Source of the DNA: Vicugna vicugna
Lineage: Eukaryota
NCBI GenBank assembly: GCA_013265495.1
Contig: MU059938.1
Coordinates: 4,517,175 to 4,581,174 of the forward strand
Reading direction: 5' to 3'
Length of the DNA: 64,000 bases
The translations under genes were made by a program, and so were the position numbers. Positions 10,746 through 21,750 of the stretch are shown here, one piece after another (positions within the stretch are counted from its first letter, which is position 1; every line of letters starts with the position of its first letter). A model generated the notes under the pieces. It searched no databases, was not told the origin of the DNA, and saw only the letters and a list, made by a program, of their open reading frames with translations.

Positions 10746-11039
10746 AAAGATTTCTATTTATCCCACATAAACAAAAGCACGTTGGTGTCCTCAATAATAT
10801 TTTGCAGTAAAAATGTGTCCTAAAACTAAAATGCTTGAGAACTACTGATTTATACAGTGTCTCCACCGCGGTGGAGTGGAGAGCATTTCTCATGTACAGT
10901 AATAGTGATGGCCATGGACTTGCTGCCTGTTTCAATCTTCATTTCTAACTCTTACTGGCTGCGTGACCTTGAGGAAATGTATTTAATTTTGTTTTGCTTT
11001 AGTTTCCTTTTATGTGACAGAGATGATAATAATAATCAG

Positions 11040-11500
11040 GATCCAAAGAGAAAAAAAGGAACACAGTCTAGATATTTAAAGGAGGGGAGAATTTATTATG
11101 CCAGATTGTTTTATGGGTGATGGAAGATCTGAAAAGCCCCCCAAAAAAGAGATACTGAAGCAACTGAGAGAGTAGCAAAAGCCAGAAACCTCTAGCATCC
11201 CCAGGCCAGAGAGACGAGGGGAAGAAATAGGTTCTGGGTCCTAGGGGACCATGGTCATCTCAGGAACTATCATGGACCTGTCTAGTGGACCTAAAGCCTC
11301 AGAGGCAGAGAGACAGGGAGAAATACCCTGACTTCTGCTTTACGTCTGTACTCCAATCTCCCACCAATGCCTCCCATTGGCTGAATCTACCTAGAAACCA
11401 CAGGACCCAGAAGCCTGGGAAATGCAACCTACAGTTCAGATCCCTCATGAGATGGAGCAGAGCTGGGCAAAGACCTGGGCATTGGAGAGCAAACTGTTGC
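11040..11500. mobile_element. ERVL LTR (LTR33/LTR16-like)
   Basis: ctccaatctcccaccaatgcctcccattggctgaatc...agaagcctgggaaatgc motif typical of this group. Confidence 0.5.
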
Positions 11501-11666
11501 TAAAGATTAGCACACCATCTCGTCTCATAGGAAGTGTAGGATGAAATGATTTAACATTTGTAAAGCACTTAGAATATTATCTGGCACAAAGTAAGTACTT
11601 CACAAGGGTTTGCTTAAAATCAAATAACTAAAGCAAGCATTATCTCCAGCTGTTACACGTGTAATG

Positions 11667-11835
11667 GTTTTTAAATTGAATTAAAGTTGATGTACAATAT
11701 TGTATGTTGCAGGTGTACAATACAGTGATTCACAATTTTTAAAGGTTATACTCCATTTATAGTTAGTATAAAACATTGGCTATATTCCCCGTGCTGTACA
11801 ATATATCCTTGTAGCTTATTTTATATGTAAAAGTT
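11667..11835 (-). mobile_element. L1 3' end fragment
   Basis: Antisense L1 3' UTR (gttgatgtacaatattgt...caggtgtacaatacagtgattcac). Confidence 0.7.
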
Positions 11836-12239
11836 TGTTGTAATATTGCCTTTGTTTCGTTTGTTTTAAATATTTAGACTTCCTTGGTTGACAGTCTGTA
11901 GTGTTCTGAGCTTCTTTTTGCTGTCAGAGCCTCTGGTGGAAGAGAACTCTTCCAGCCCTATTATCCAGAAAAACCCTCCAGTGTGCCCACATGTTTATAC
12001 AGAAACTCAAAGATTTCCTAGGTCTTCTGCTGTGATTGAAAAAGAGAGAGATCACTTCTTTTTAGATGGTATTTTTGACTTGAGAACAATGTAATATTTT
12101 CATGTCCTGAGCCACTGAGCACCATGGAAGTACATTTTCTGTGCCTAGAGCTAGGCTGGGTCCTACAAGGGCAGAAGGAAGAGGATGACAACTGGGCCAT
12201 GCTCATTTATAATCTGAGTAGAGAGAAAGGATATACACC

Positions 12240-13547
12240 TGTGATATTGTGATTTTTATTAAGAAATATGTTTTGGTCTTCATCCGTATTAGGGGCCGAG
12301 CTCCTAAAACCCTTAGAATTTCCTAAGTGATGAAAGCAATCAAGGTGTATTTGTTATGTTAATGAGGGGACTTTTGGAAAGCCCCTAGGTCACCTAAGGA
12401 TGAGCGCTGGGCGCTAGTGGATTCAACCCCATGATTAGAGGTTTGGTGCTTTCAGCCCCACCCCTGGCCTCTGGGGAGGGCAGAGGGGCTGGAGATTGAG
12501 TTCAGTCCGATGCCTACGACTTAACTGATCCTGCCTGTGTAACAAAAACAAAATACAGAGAGCCTGGCTTATGCGCCATTTCTGCGAAGATTAACCTGAT
12601 GCCGTCACTGACCAACAGTGCCCTCTGTGCTTCTGACAGTGGAAATTAAGAATCACAGATTCTCTATGCTTTGGACAAGCAGGCCCCTTAGATAATTAAA
12701 TGTGTATCTCAGGAAGAATTTCAATGACCCCAGATTCCTCCATCTTCCCACACAGAGGAAAGTGCTAAGATCACTAGCTTGAGATGCCTTTTTTTCCAAG
12801 TACTCTTTTTCCAAGATGTACACTTGACTGCACATACTCCCTAGCCAAAAAAAAAAAAAAAAAAAAATCACATGTCCACTGGCTTCTCTCTCACCTCTTT
12901 GGAACAGCGTCCTCAGAGCTCCTGAGTGGCTGTCTCACAGGCTATCATTCTCAGGAAGACCCTAAATAAAACAAATTCACAGCTCCTTCATTGTGAGGTT
13001 TTCCTCCAGTTGACATTAATCTATGAAGCCTCCATTGAAACCCATAAAAGATGGGGTTCAGAGAGCTTCCAGGTCTGTGAGCACATCCACACCAAGAGTA
13101 CATCCATACTGGAAGAGTGACACCCCAGCTCCATGGGGACAGAAGCTCACCCTGTATATCTCCCCATCTGGCTGTTCATCTGTGTCCTTTATTGTATCCT
13201 TTAATAGGCTGGTAAATGTAAGTAAGTTGCTCTGAGTTCTGTGAGCCGCTCTAGCAAATTAATTACATTTGAGGAGGGGGTCTTGGGACTCTCTGATGTA
13301 CAGCCGATTGGTTAGAAGCTTAAGTAACAACCGGGACTTGAGATTTCCATCTGAAGTGGGGCAGGGTCAGCGGGGAGGGGGTGGGCAGTGTCTTGGCACT
13401 GAGCCCTTCACCTGTGGGATTTCCAGGTGGATTGTGTCAGAATTGAGTTTAAATTGTAGGATGCCCAGCTGGTGTCCTGAGCAATGCTTGGTGTTGTTGG
13501 GGCGGGGGGGGGGGGGACCCCTCTACATGTTGGAAATTGGTCTCAGA
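12240..13547 (+). mobile_element. MER21-family LTR element, split by a younger LTR
   Basis: tgtgatattgtga start; cagagctcctaaaaccctt, ggggctggagattgagttca and gatggggttcagagagcttcc. The sequence resumes after 13020. Confidence 0.75.
12538..13015 (+). mobile_element. ERV1 (MER4-group-like) solo LTR nested in MER21
   Basis: TGT...ACA termini, AATAAA at 12965-12970, internal A21 run at 12847-12867; homologous to 9385-9963. Confidence 0.7.
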
Positions 13548-15144
13548 CTCTTTTAACCCACTCCCACTAGGAAATCTACTCCATCTGTGCCAACAGAAGT
13601 AATTAGACCATGCTAGGCTAACATATAATGGTAACTGAAGAGTATGACCATGTGAGAGGAGTCAGGGCAGGGAGAGCTCCGAGATCCATCATAATTTCCC
13701 TTCTTTCGTGCCCCTGATTATCCAGGCCTGCAGTGGGATAAAACTAATACCATGCATAGCACTTCTAAAGCTTTTTCACAGTTTCTCATTCAAGCCTGTG
13801 AAGTAGACACGGGCCCCCAACATGCCCAGCAGCGGGGTCTCAGCACCTAGACAGCTGAGATGGTATCACCTGCTGCAAAGCGATGTTGTGAGGCTTAAGT
13901 GACGTCTCCCGCAAAGCACAGAAAACTTCAGGGCTGGTCCACGAGAAGCGTGCGATGCTCTGGGATCTGTTGTTTTGGAGATTATAAGAGTGCCTTCTAA
14001 AGCCTCAGGGGCTGGGTTCAGACCCAAACTTCACCATAAATACTCCACTGTAGATGAATTTCCTAGTCCCCTCTGTGTTTCTGTTTCTTCGTCTGAAAAA
14101 CGGGAAGAAAAAAAGTGGCCCACTCACAGGGTTATTTTGGGGAATAAATGTTTAACACATGTACAACCCTTTGAACATGGCCAGCCACTTAGCAAGAGCT
14201 CAATAACCATAACGTATTATTATTCCATTAAAAATTCTCAATCCCATCTAATTCAATGTCCCCTTTAAAAATAATAGACCTTATGTAATGCTCACTTTAT
14301 TTTCTTGCCATTAAATTCATGGATAACATAAGCTTTCTGTGTGCATTACTTAAAAAAGAAAATCAACATGACGCCCTTATGCTGGAATGTAGGGGAGAAA
14401 AAGAAAAGGAAAGTCATGTATAACAAAATAATGTATACTTTAATATTTAAATAACTGTAGTAGAAGGCCTGGTGAAGTCATGATGTTTATTATAACTAAT
14501 GAACAATTTTAGAATAACAGAATTAAGCCAATATTTAACTGAATATTGCCATCGCTTTTTTTTTTTTCGTATTTGACACTTTACTATTTTGCTTAATATG
14601 TTCCTATACAAAAACACACGTACAATCCATGGGCATGCAATATCTAACAAATGCAGACTGAAGAAGATGCGCTACATTCATGGTACTACACCAATGGTGA
14701 GTGAAGCAATTTTACGCAATGATGAAACTTTCTCTGTAACGTTCTGAGCAGAACAAAGTACAATCTTTCCCTTGGTGTACACAGTAATTGCATCCGTGGA
14801 CAATTCAAGATTATATTAAAATATGCAAAAAAAATCTTGTGTTTCTATATAATACTAAATGCAATTAAAGCTCAGGTAACTGAAAACAGGTTTTTCAAAC
14901 ACATGAAGAGCCCACAGGACATACAAAAGACATTTAGGGTTTAAGACAATTCTTTGTGAGCTGTTGTCTCAAGAAAATGAGAATACCTAGCATTCCTACT
15001 GTGTGCTCACTGAAAGCCAGTAACAGTCCCAGTAAGGAGACAGGTAACAATCCCTCTCCAACCCCAAATTTCTCCAACGCCTTCTTGGGTGGGAGACTTT
15101 TCCTGTAGGAGATCCACTATCACTTTATGTCATTGCAAAACAAC

Positions 15145-15158
15145 CCACAAGGTGGCAG
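15145..15158 (+). promoter_or_regulatory. CTCF-like core CCACAAGGTGGCAG
   Basis: 13/14 match to CCASYAGRKGGCRS, followed by CA. Confidence 0.55.
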
Positions 15159-18100
15159 CATCTACCAAAGATTTAGTATTTTTGACACCCTTAAACAGCG
15201 TCAAGAGCTTATTGGAAGTGAGCAGGGCTGAGACTGGAGGACCTCAAATTTATTTGTAATGTTTTATTTCTGTCACTACAAAAAGATGATAAAAAATATT
15301 GAATATGAATGTGAATGAAGAAGACATGAAAATTTAATTTGTCCCTATCTTTACATGTATTTATTTTCCCAGTGGCTTAATACATTTTATTTTGTTCATT
15401 TTTTTTAAATTGAAGTATCGTACATTTACGATGTTTCCTTACATTTATTTTTTTAAAGGCAAGTTTCCTTCCTAAAGGGTCAAAAGAAAGATCTGGATAG
15501 GATATTGCTAAACCCTCCATCTGCTTCCATTCACAGAAAGAAGAAAAATTACAGCAGCTGGAGAATCAAGACTTCCATTAATGGTTACGAATAATGTACA
15601 TCTTTGAATACCATGACAATGTGCAGAAAAGAACAACACACCACATGGAGGAGGACAAGAAGAGAGTACAGAGAAGGCGGGGTTTGAGTCCATCTTTAAT
15701 ATCAGGTGGGAATGATACAGGTATATATTAAGAGGCAATAATGAAAATGATGAATAACATGTTATTAAGCTTCATAGTTGACAGTATTCTTTCATGTATT
15801 TTGTTCAGGTTCATCTTCTCACACTGCTCCTCACCCTTAGCCAGAATTAGTCAGGGTGGTCTGCCAGCTGGTGACCATTACCTGTATTGAGAGATAGGAA
15901 GACATACAGATATTGAGATAAACTATTTAGAAATGTTGATAGAAATTTGACGATTTTCTATCTGTTGACTATAACAATAAACAATTTGGGCTTGTGCTTT
16001 GTATGTTTTTAAATTTCATTTTTACTGCATTTTACCAAAGTATCAGTCTTCAATGGGTTGAAAACACATGTACTCATGTGCGCACATGCACACGCACACA
16101 CATCTGATCCTTATCTACCAAAAGCTGGAGGAGCACTGGCCTCAGAGCACCAAACAGCCAGGAAGCACCCGGCAGGTGAGCCGGGAGAGCTGGGGGAGTG
16201 GGCGCATATTTCACAGTTTTCACCTGTGACAAGTGAGCTCATAAGGTTTTATTTAATCCTCCCAACAACCCAGGGGAATTGGTGGTATGATTTTGACTTT
16301 ACAAAGGAGGGCAAAAATTTCAGAGAAGATAATGAATTTGCCCCACTAAAACCAGGAGCCAGGATCTGTTGGAATTTTCAGCCGTTCTGAGATCCTCTTG
16401 GATAAGTCACCACGTCAGCGCCCTTCTCTCATCTATCAATACCTCTAGATCACACTTTATTCTGGGACCAGTTGCTCCAGAGCTCACAGTTCTGGCATTG
16501 GTGCTTACAAGTCCTCAGCAGGCAGTTCACTAATCTTTCCCTAAGTCTGGAAAAAGAGTCTGTCTTCTAACCCAACGGAGCATGGTCAAAAGAAAGGTTA
16601 AAACAATAACAGCACGCCAGCTCCCCATTTCCTGCCTGTTCACATCTACACCCACCCACACACAAAACCTTCTCATCAAGCATGAAAAATAAATTCTGTT
16701 CTCTCTCACTGGAGTAGTAGTGGTATCAGGTATGTTCCTGACTTGACTTTTTCCCCCTTATGTTAAAGTGATTTTTTTTATCTTATTTTTTATTATAAGC
16801 TTTTATAACAAGTTTTTGTCATTAACTTTTTATCAGAAACTATTAAACAATGAAGTATTTTACAAGAAAGTATTTTTCTCGTTTACTTTTCAGATAAAGC
16901 TGCATGAATTCAAATGAAAACACGACTGGATTTAAAGGGAGAAGAACCAGAAGACAATCATATAGTGATATGATTTACAGTATGTAGCTAGAGCTTTTGT
17001 ATGAAACTAAATGTTGATCGAACAATGGATAACTAGGAATATGTAACTTCTTTTCCATTCTACACTCTCATTATAAAACCAAAATGGGTATAAAGCTGCA
17101 CTTTACTTTATTTTGAAGGCCCCCTAATAATCAAAAATTAATTAGAGATAACTTGAGAAAAAGTGTTTTATCTAGCATTAAAAACTCATAATGGAAAGTG
17201 TCTGGAAAAAATTTCTTCTCCTTTTACCCCTTCTTCCTCTTCTTAAAAGCAGTAACGATAATAAAAGAGAACAGCCATTGAACACATATCATGTACTTAG
17301 AAACTTCACCTAATGTTATTTTATTTAAGCTACACAGCATCCCTGTAAGGTAGGAATTATTCCTAGTTTATCAACAGGAAATTCAGGCTCAGAGACATTA
17401 AGCAACTAGTACCAGGTTGCAAATTTTGTAAATAACAGACTCAGGATAGACCTGAGTGTTTGAGCGTGATGCCCAGGAAAACTCTTGACATTCTATGTAA
17501 TGATTATAGAATTAAAACACGAGCAACAGCTAGCTGTTAATCTCGTTAACTCTGGGAACTCTGTTTCTGTTAAGTGATTCTCATACTTCATGCAGAATGA
17601 GGCTCAATTTACCTCATCTCTGCAAGCCTGCTTCCTGACGTAAAAGGACAATACTCATTTTATGATTTGTTGCAATTAAACAAGGTAACTACTACCTGAA
17701 GCTTTAATGCAGCAGATGTCAACAAGTGGTAGCCACAATCATTTTTATTGTGTAAAGGTAGAAACGGGATTAAACATATTTAGTCGGGAAATTATAGATG
17801 TGGATCCCAGGTCTGTGTGATTCCCAGGCCAGCATTCTTTATTGATTACACTATAAGGTAAGCAAGCTGTCTTTGGTAAAACGGTTGGACGAGAAGAAGG
17901 CTTAATTTCTTCAAGCCCTGCAGTGACATCGTTTATTATTCACTATTCAGCTATATTATTTTTACTCTCTGGCACTTTGGGGCATAGACAGTATAATAAA
18001 AATGCCTCCACAGTTGTCCAGTAATCTCCCCGCCTGTCCCCGGCATCCCACAGCATGACATGAGCTCTGTGGGTAAAGTAAAGGGCGCTCAAGGAATTCG

Positions 18101-18400
18101 ACCTCAACCAGCACAATTAGCTCAGAACCGGCGCCCGGCCCAGCTGTTGCTATTTTCCTCCCTAGGCCCCGCCCCCGACCACGCGGGGCTCCAGCCACGC
18201 CCCCAAGCTGGAGCTCTTGGGGCGGACTCGCGGAGCGCCTCAGCCTACTCACAGGGATTCCCTCTCCAGCCAATCGCGTCCGAGCTACTGGACTGACCCT
18301 AACAAAGATGGCGGGGGAGGCCTCAGTGAGGGCAGACTGATTTTTAACACCCGAACCCGCGGCGGTCCGCGGAGACAGTGGTAGCGGCGCGGCCCCGACC

Positions 18401-18531
18401 ATGGAGGAGGGCAGCAGCGCTGGCAGCGGTGGCAGCGGTGGCAGCGACAGCAGTACCAGCGGCAGTGGCGGCGCGCAGCAAAGGGAGCTGGAGCGCATGG
18501 CTGAGGTCCTGGTCACCGGGGAGCAGTTACG
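18401..18531 (+). CDS. DEPTOR: DEPTOR coding exon 1 (MEEGSSAGSGGSGGSDSSTSGSGGAQQRELERMAEVLVTGEQL-R), 131 nt
   Basis: Kozak gaccATGG, donor CG|GTAAGA; matches the DEPTOR N-terminus. Below the ORF-track length cut-off. Confidence 0.97.
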
Positions 18532-18596
18532 GTAAGACGAGGGGCAGTGCCAGGGGGCTCGAGTGGCACTGCCAGCCCGTGTCCGCAGCAGTGCCG

Positions 18597-18608
18597 CGCG
18601 CACGCGCG
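18597..18608. promoter_or_regulatory. NRF1 consensus site CGCGCACGCGCG
   Basis: Exact match to YGCGCAYGCGCR within the DEPTOR CpG island. Confidence 0.6.
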
Positions 18609-19166
18609 CGGGGACTCGTGGCTCGCGACTCGCGCGGGGCTCAGGGACGCCTGCGGATGCGTGGACCGTCCGCGCCGTGCCGCGGCTTAGCTGCTGCAGC
18701 CCGGCGCCCTGCGGACTCTGGACTGGCGCGGGGCTCCCGAGGCGGACGCGGGCGAGCGCGTGGTGCGTGCTGCGCCCTCGCCCCGCTGCTGCAGCCCTGC
18801 GCCCCGCGGACGCGCTGCTGTCGACCCCGCGCGCCTCTTCTGCCCGCCAGGCACCCGGGCGCTGACAGGCCTGCCGGCTGACAGCCTACTGTTAGTCCGC
18901 CCAGAGGGCGAGAGGGGCTGTGAGGGGCCCCAACCCCTTTACTCTTAGATAAAAGGAGCCAGCCCAACGATCACCTTCACTTAGATTTTCCTTTTTGCTG
19001 GCAAATTTTGCTTCAATATCCTGAGCCCTCAGTGTTTTCATCTGTAAAATGGAGCTGATCAAGGCGACTCCCTTGAAGGGTTGTCGTGGGGGTTGCTGAA
19101 CTGAGAACATTTCTGACACTCTACCTATCACTTAATTGGCACATTAGCATCAATCATCATTTGGAT

Positions 19167-19180
19167 CCGCAAGGGGGCGT
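19167..19180 (+). promoter_or_regulatory. CTCF-like core CCGCAAGGGGGCGT
   Basis: 11/14 match with the AGGGGGCG core intact; lies in DEPTOR intron 1. Confidence 0.4.
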
Positions 19181-20059
19181 GGAGGCACCTTATCCCGCTG
19201 CCCTGCAGCTGTGCCAACTCCCCCAGCGCGCATATTCTGGGGAGCAGAGCCCATCCGCCCCAGGCTACTGCAAGAATTGGGGTTTGACGTGTCTCACTGC
19301 GTCCAGGACAGGGGGCGACCCCCAAATCCCCCCCCCCCAATCATTCCTGTCCCATCGTGGTCCCTCCTGGATTCATGTTTGGGAATTGTATTAATGGTCT
19401 GACCGGTTCTGCAACTGACCGTCTTATGGTCATAAATCAGTTCGCCAGGGGGAAAAACCCTTGGCTCTCCAGGGTTTGAATCACAACTTGCATGCCGGCC
19501 CCTGGCCGCTTCAGAACGGCTAGCGTGCCTTTTCCTTCTAGTTCTTGGCCTGAATCTCCAGGGTCATTTTGGTTTCTAAAATGCTGTTTCAGGACCCGAA
19601 GGAGGAAGACTCTTGCAAAGGATCCTTTAGGATCCCTAAAGGTTTGGTAACCACCCTGCTTGCTGCCCTTAGATTGAGAAAGTAAATATTGGATTGAGTT
19701 TAACGTTACAAAAGGGAATTTGCACGTTTCTATTCCTTGATGATTTTTTAAATGTATAGTCGAAATTAAAGGAAATAAAAACTTGTTTTCCATCAAGAGA
19801 TTTTTTTTAACTGAAAAAAATCAAAATAAAGCTTTTCTGATTCAATCTAAAACTTTTAAATAATTTAATTTATTTGCTCCTTACTGTGTCATCTTTTTCA
19901 AAATCCTCAATTGAATATTTTCATTCCCTTTAAAATAATAAATTTCATGGTGCCTTTCTTTGTCCAGCAAGCACTTTCTCCTTCAGGATACTTAAATGCC
20001 CCTTCCCTGGGGGTCCCCAGAGTACTTGCTCCGCCCCTCTTTCCTGGCATCCCTCTGCA

Positions 20060-20760
20060 CTGCGCTTAGTGCGATGGTGAGAAGATAGGGTAGACAGACT
20101 TGGGTTTGAATTTCTGCTCAGCCACTTTGTTGTGAGTCAACATTAAGTTGTTTTGAGGAGGACATTAAAGTCAGAGTGAACTCAGGTTTGCTACTTACTA
20201 GTGTGGCACCTTGGACAAGCTACTTAACTAAGTATGATGGGTTAGTAATGAAACCTACCTCATAGTTTTGTGATGAGGATTAAATAGATGAGTTAGTGCT
20301 CAGGACAGTGCCTGGTATACAGTAAACACCACATCAGCCTTAGCTACTTCAGTTTTGTGACTTTGGGCAAGTTAATTCACTTCTCTGAGCCTCTGTTTCC
20401 TCATCTATAGAAAGGCAATGAAGATGAGCACTTTATAGGGTTGTTGTGAGGGTCCCCCCCTCTCCGGGGTTCAGGTATTAATGAGCATTCAATAAATGGT
20501 TGTTGGAATTAATTAGTATTACTGGTCTCTGTGTGTCACCACACCTGACTTCCAGCTGAGCAAGGTTGAGCAGTAAGGATGGGTTGATGGTTAAGAACCC
20601 AGGCTGCCTGGGTTCTTATTCTGCATCTGCCATTTATTAGTCCTGTGACTTTGGGACAGTTTACTTAACTTCTCTGTGCCTCAGTTCCACTTCTCTTGCA
20701 GGAATTTTGTGAGGATTAAATGAGGAGATGCTACATGTAAAAGGCTTAGTAAACTTTAAT
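20060..20760 (+). mobile_element. Cluster of about four co-oriented MIR fragments
   Basis: Repeated MIR core text (gtgactttgggcaagtta...ctctgagcctc...; gtgaggattaaatgag). Confidence 0.7.
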
Positions 20761-21084
20761 TTTATTTTGGAAAATTGTAATGATTGCTTTTTAAAAATCT
20801 CAACCATCTTAGTGCTGTGTTGAGCATATAGCAATTACTCAAATATTTGAATGACTAGTGTATGTAATTAAAAAAATGGTTGTAAATACAGAAAATATAA
20901 TACTAGAATTTAGGGATTTAAGTGGCCATATACAGCCTTGGCTTCCTAGTTGCTGGAGGAACCTCTTATAAAGGAGTGGGGGTGCAGTCCTTGCTGTCAC
21001 TGTCACAACGTGTTTTCACATCCCTTGCAGCTCTCTCAAGGCTGATTGTGGCTTTGTGATGTCCCGGTCTCCTGCCTGTAAGTG

Positions 21085-21126
21085 ACACACACACACACAC
21101 ACACTCTCACACACTCACACTCACAC
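21085..21126. repeat. (AC)n / (ACTC) compound microsatellite
   Basis: Seen directly. Confidence 0.9.
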
Positions 21127-21750
21127 AATTTCTCTCTGCCTTCTCTTTCTTTTCTACTACTTTCTGGGTCATCAAAGATGAGGCAGATGAAGGTGATGAG
21201 AAAAAGAGAAACCAGGATTGGGATTTAAAATACAAAATTTGGCTTCTGGGTCCATCTCTTTGAATTTTACTTATAATATTTATTTACCTATGTATATATG
21301 GATGTTGTATATATGGATGTATGTATGTATTTTTAACTACATTTGCTAGGGTGAGTCAGTTAGCCACTCTGGGTCTCAGTGCCCGTACCTGCAGAATGAG
21401 AATAATAATATCCTCCCATGTAAGATTTGTGGTGTTGGATCAAATGGGGTATGACATGGGAAGAAACTTGGTCAAATAAATCAATAAACCAAAAGTAATT
21501 GTTGTTAACTGATTATTATAAGCTCCAGATGGGAAATTGAGGGCTGGCTTCACAATCCTGGCACTTTGGTGAGGGCAGCTGGTTGCATAAGGATATGAAA
21601 TTGAGTAACAGATTTAAAACATCTCCTGCTTCCTCTTCCAGCCTGACTGCAGGGTCCTTTTCCTAATCTCTTTCTGCTTCCCCTTGTCATAAGGGATTTC
21701 ACTTCCTTGCCCAATGTTTTGTGTGGTTTTGCATCTTAAAAGTGCATTTG

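Larger units (their letters stand above)
18100..18900 (+). promoter_or_regulatory. DEPTOR: DEPTOR CpG island / promoter
   Basis: CpG-dense block. GC boxes at 18167-18176, 18195-18204 and 18219-18228, CCAAT at 18270-18274, YY1-like AAGATGGCGG at 18305-18314. Confidence 0.9.

Noticed and set aside
17962-18967. Long overlapping ORFs (213, 167, 108 and 100 aa) at the DEPTOR promoter
   Set aside because: Ala/Arg/Pro/Gly-rich by-products of a GC-rich CpG island lacking stop codons; no recognisable protein.
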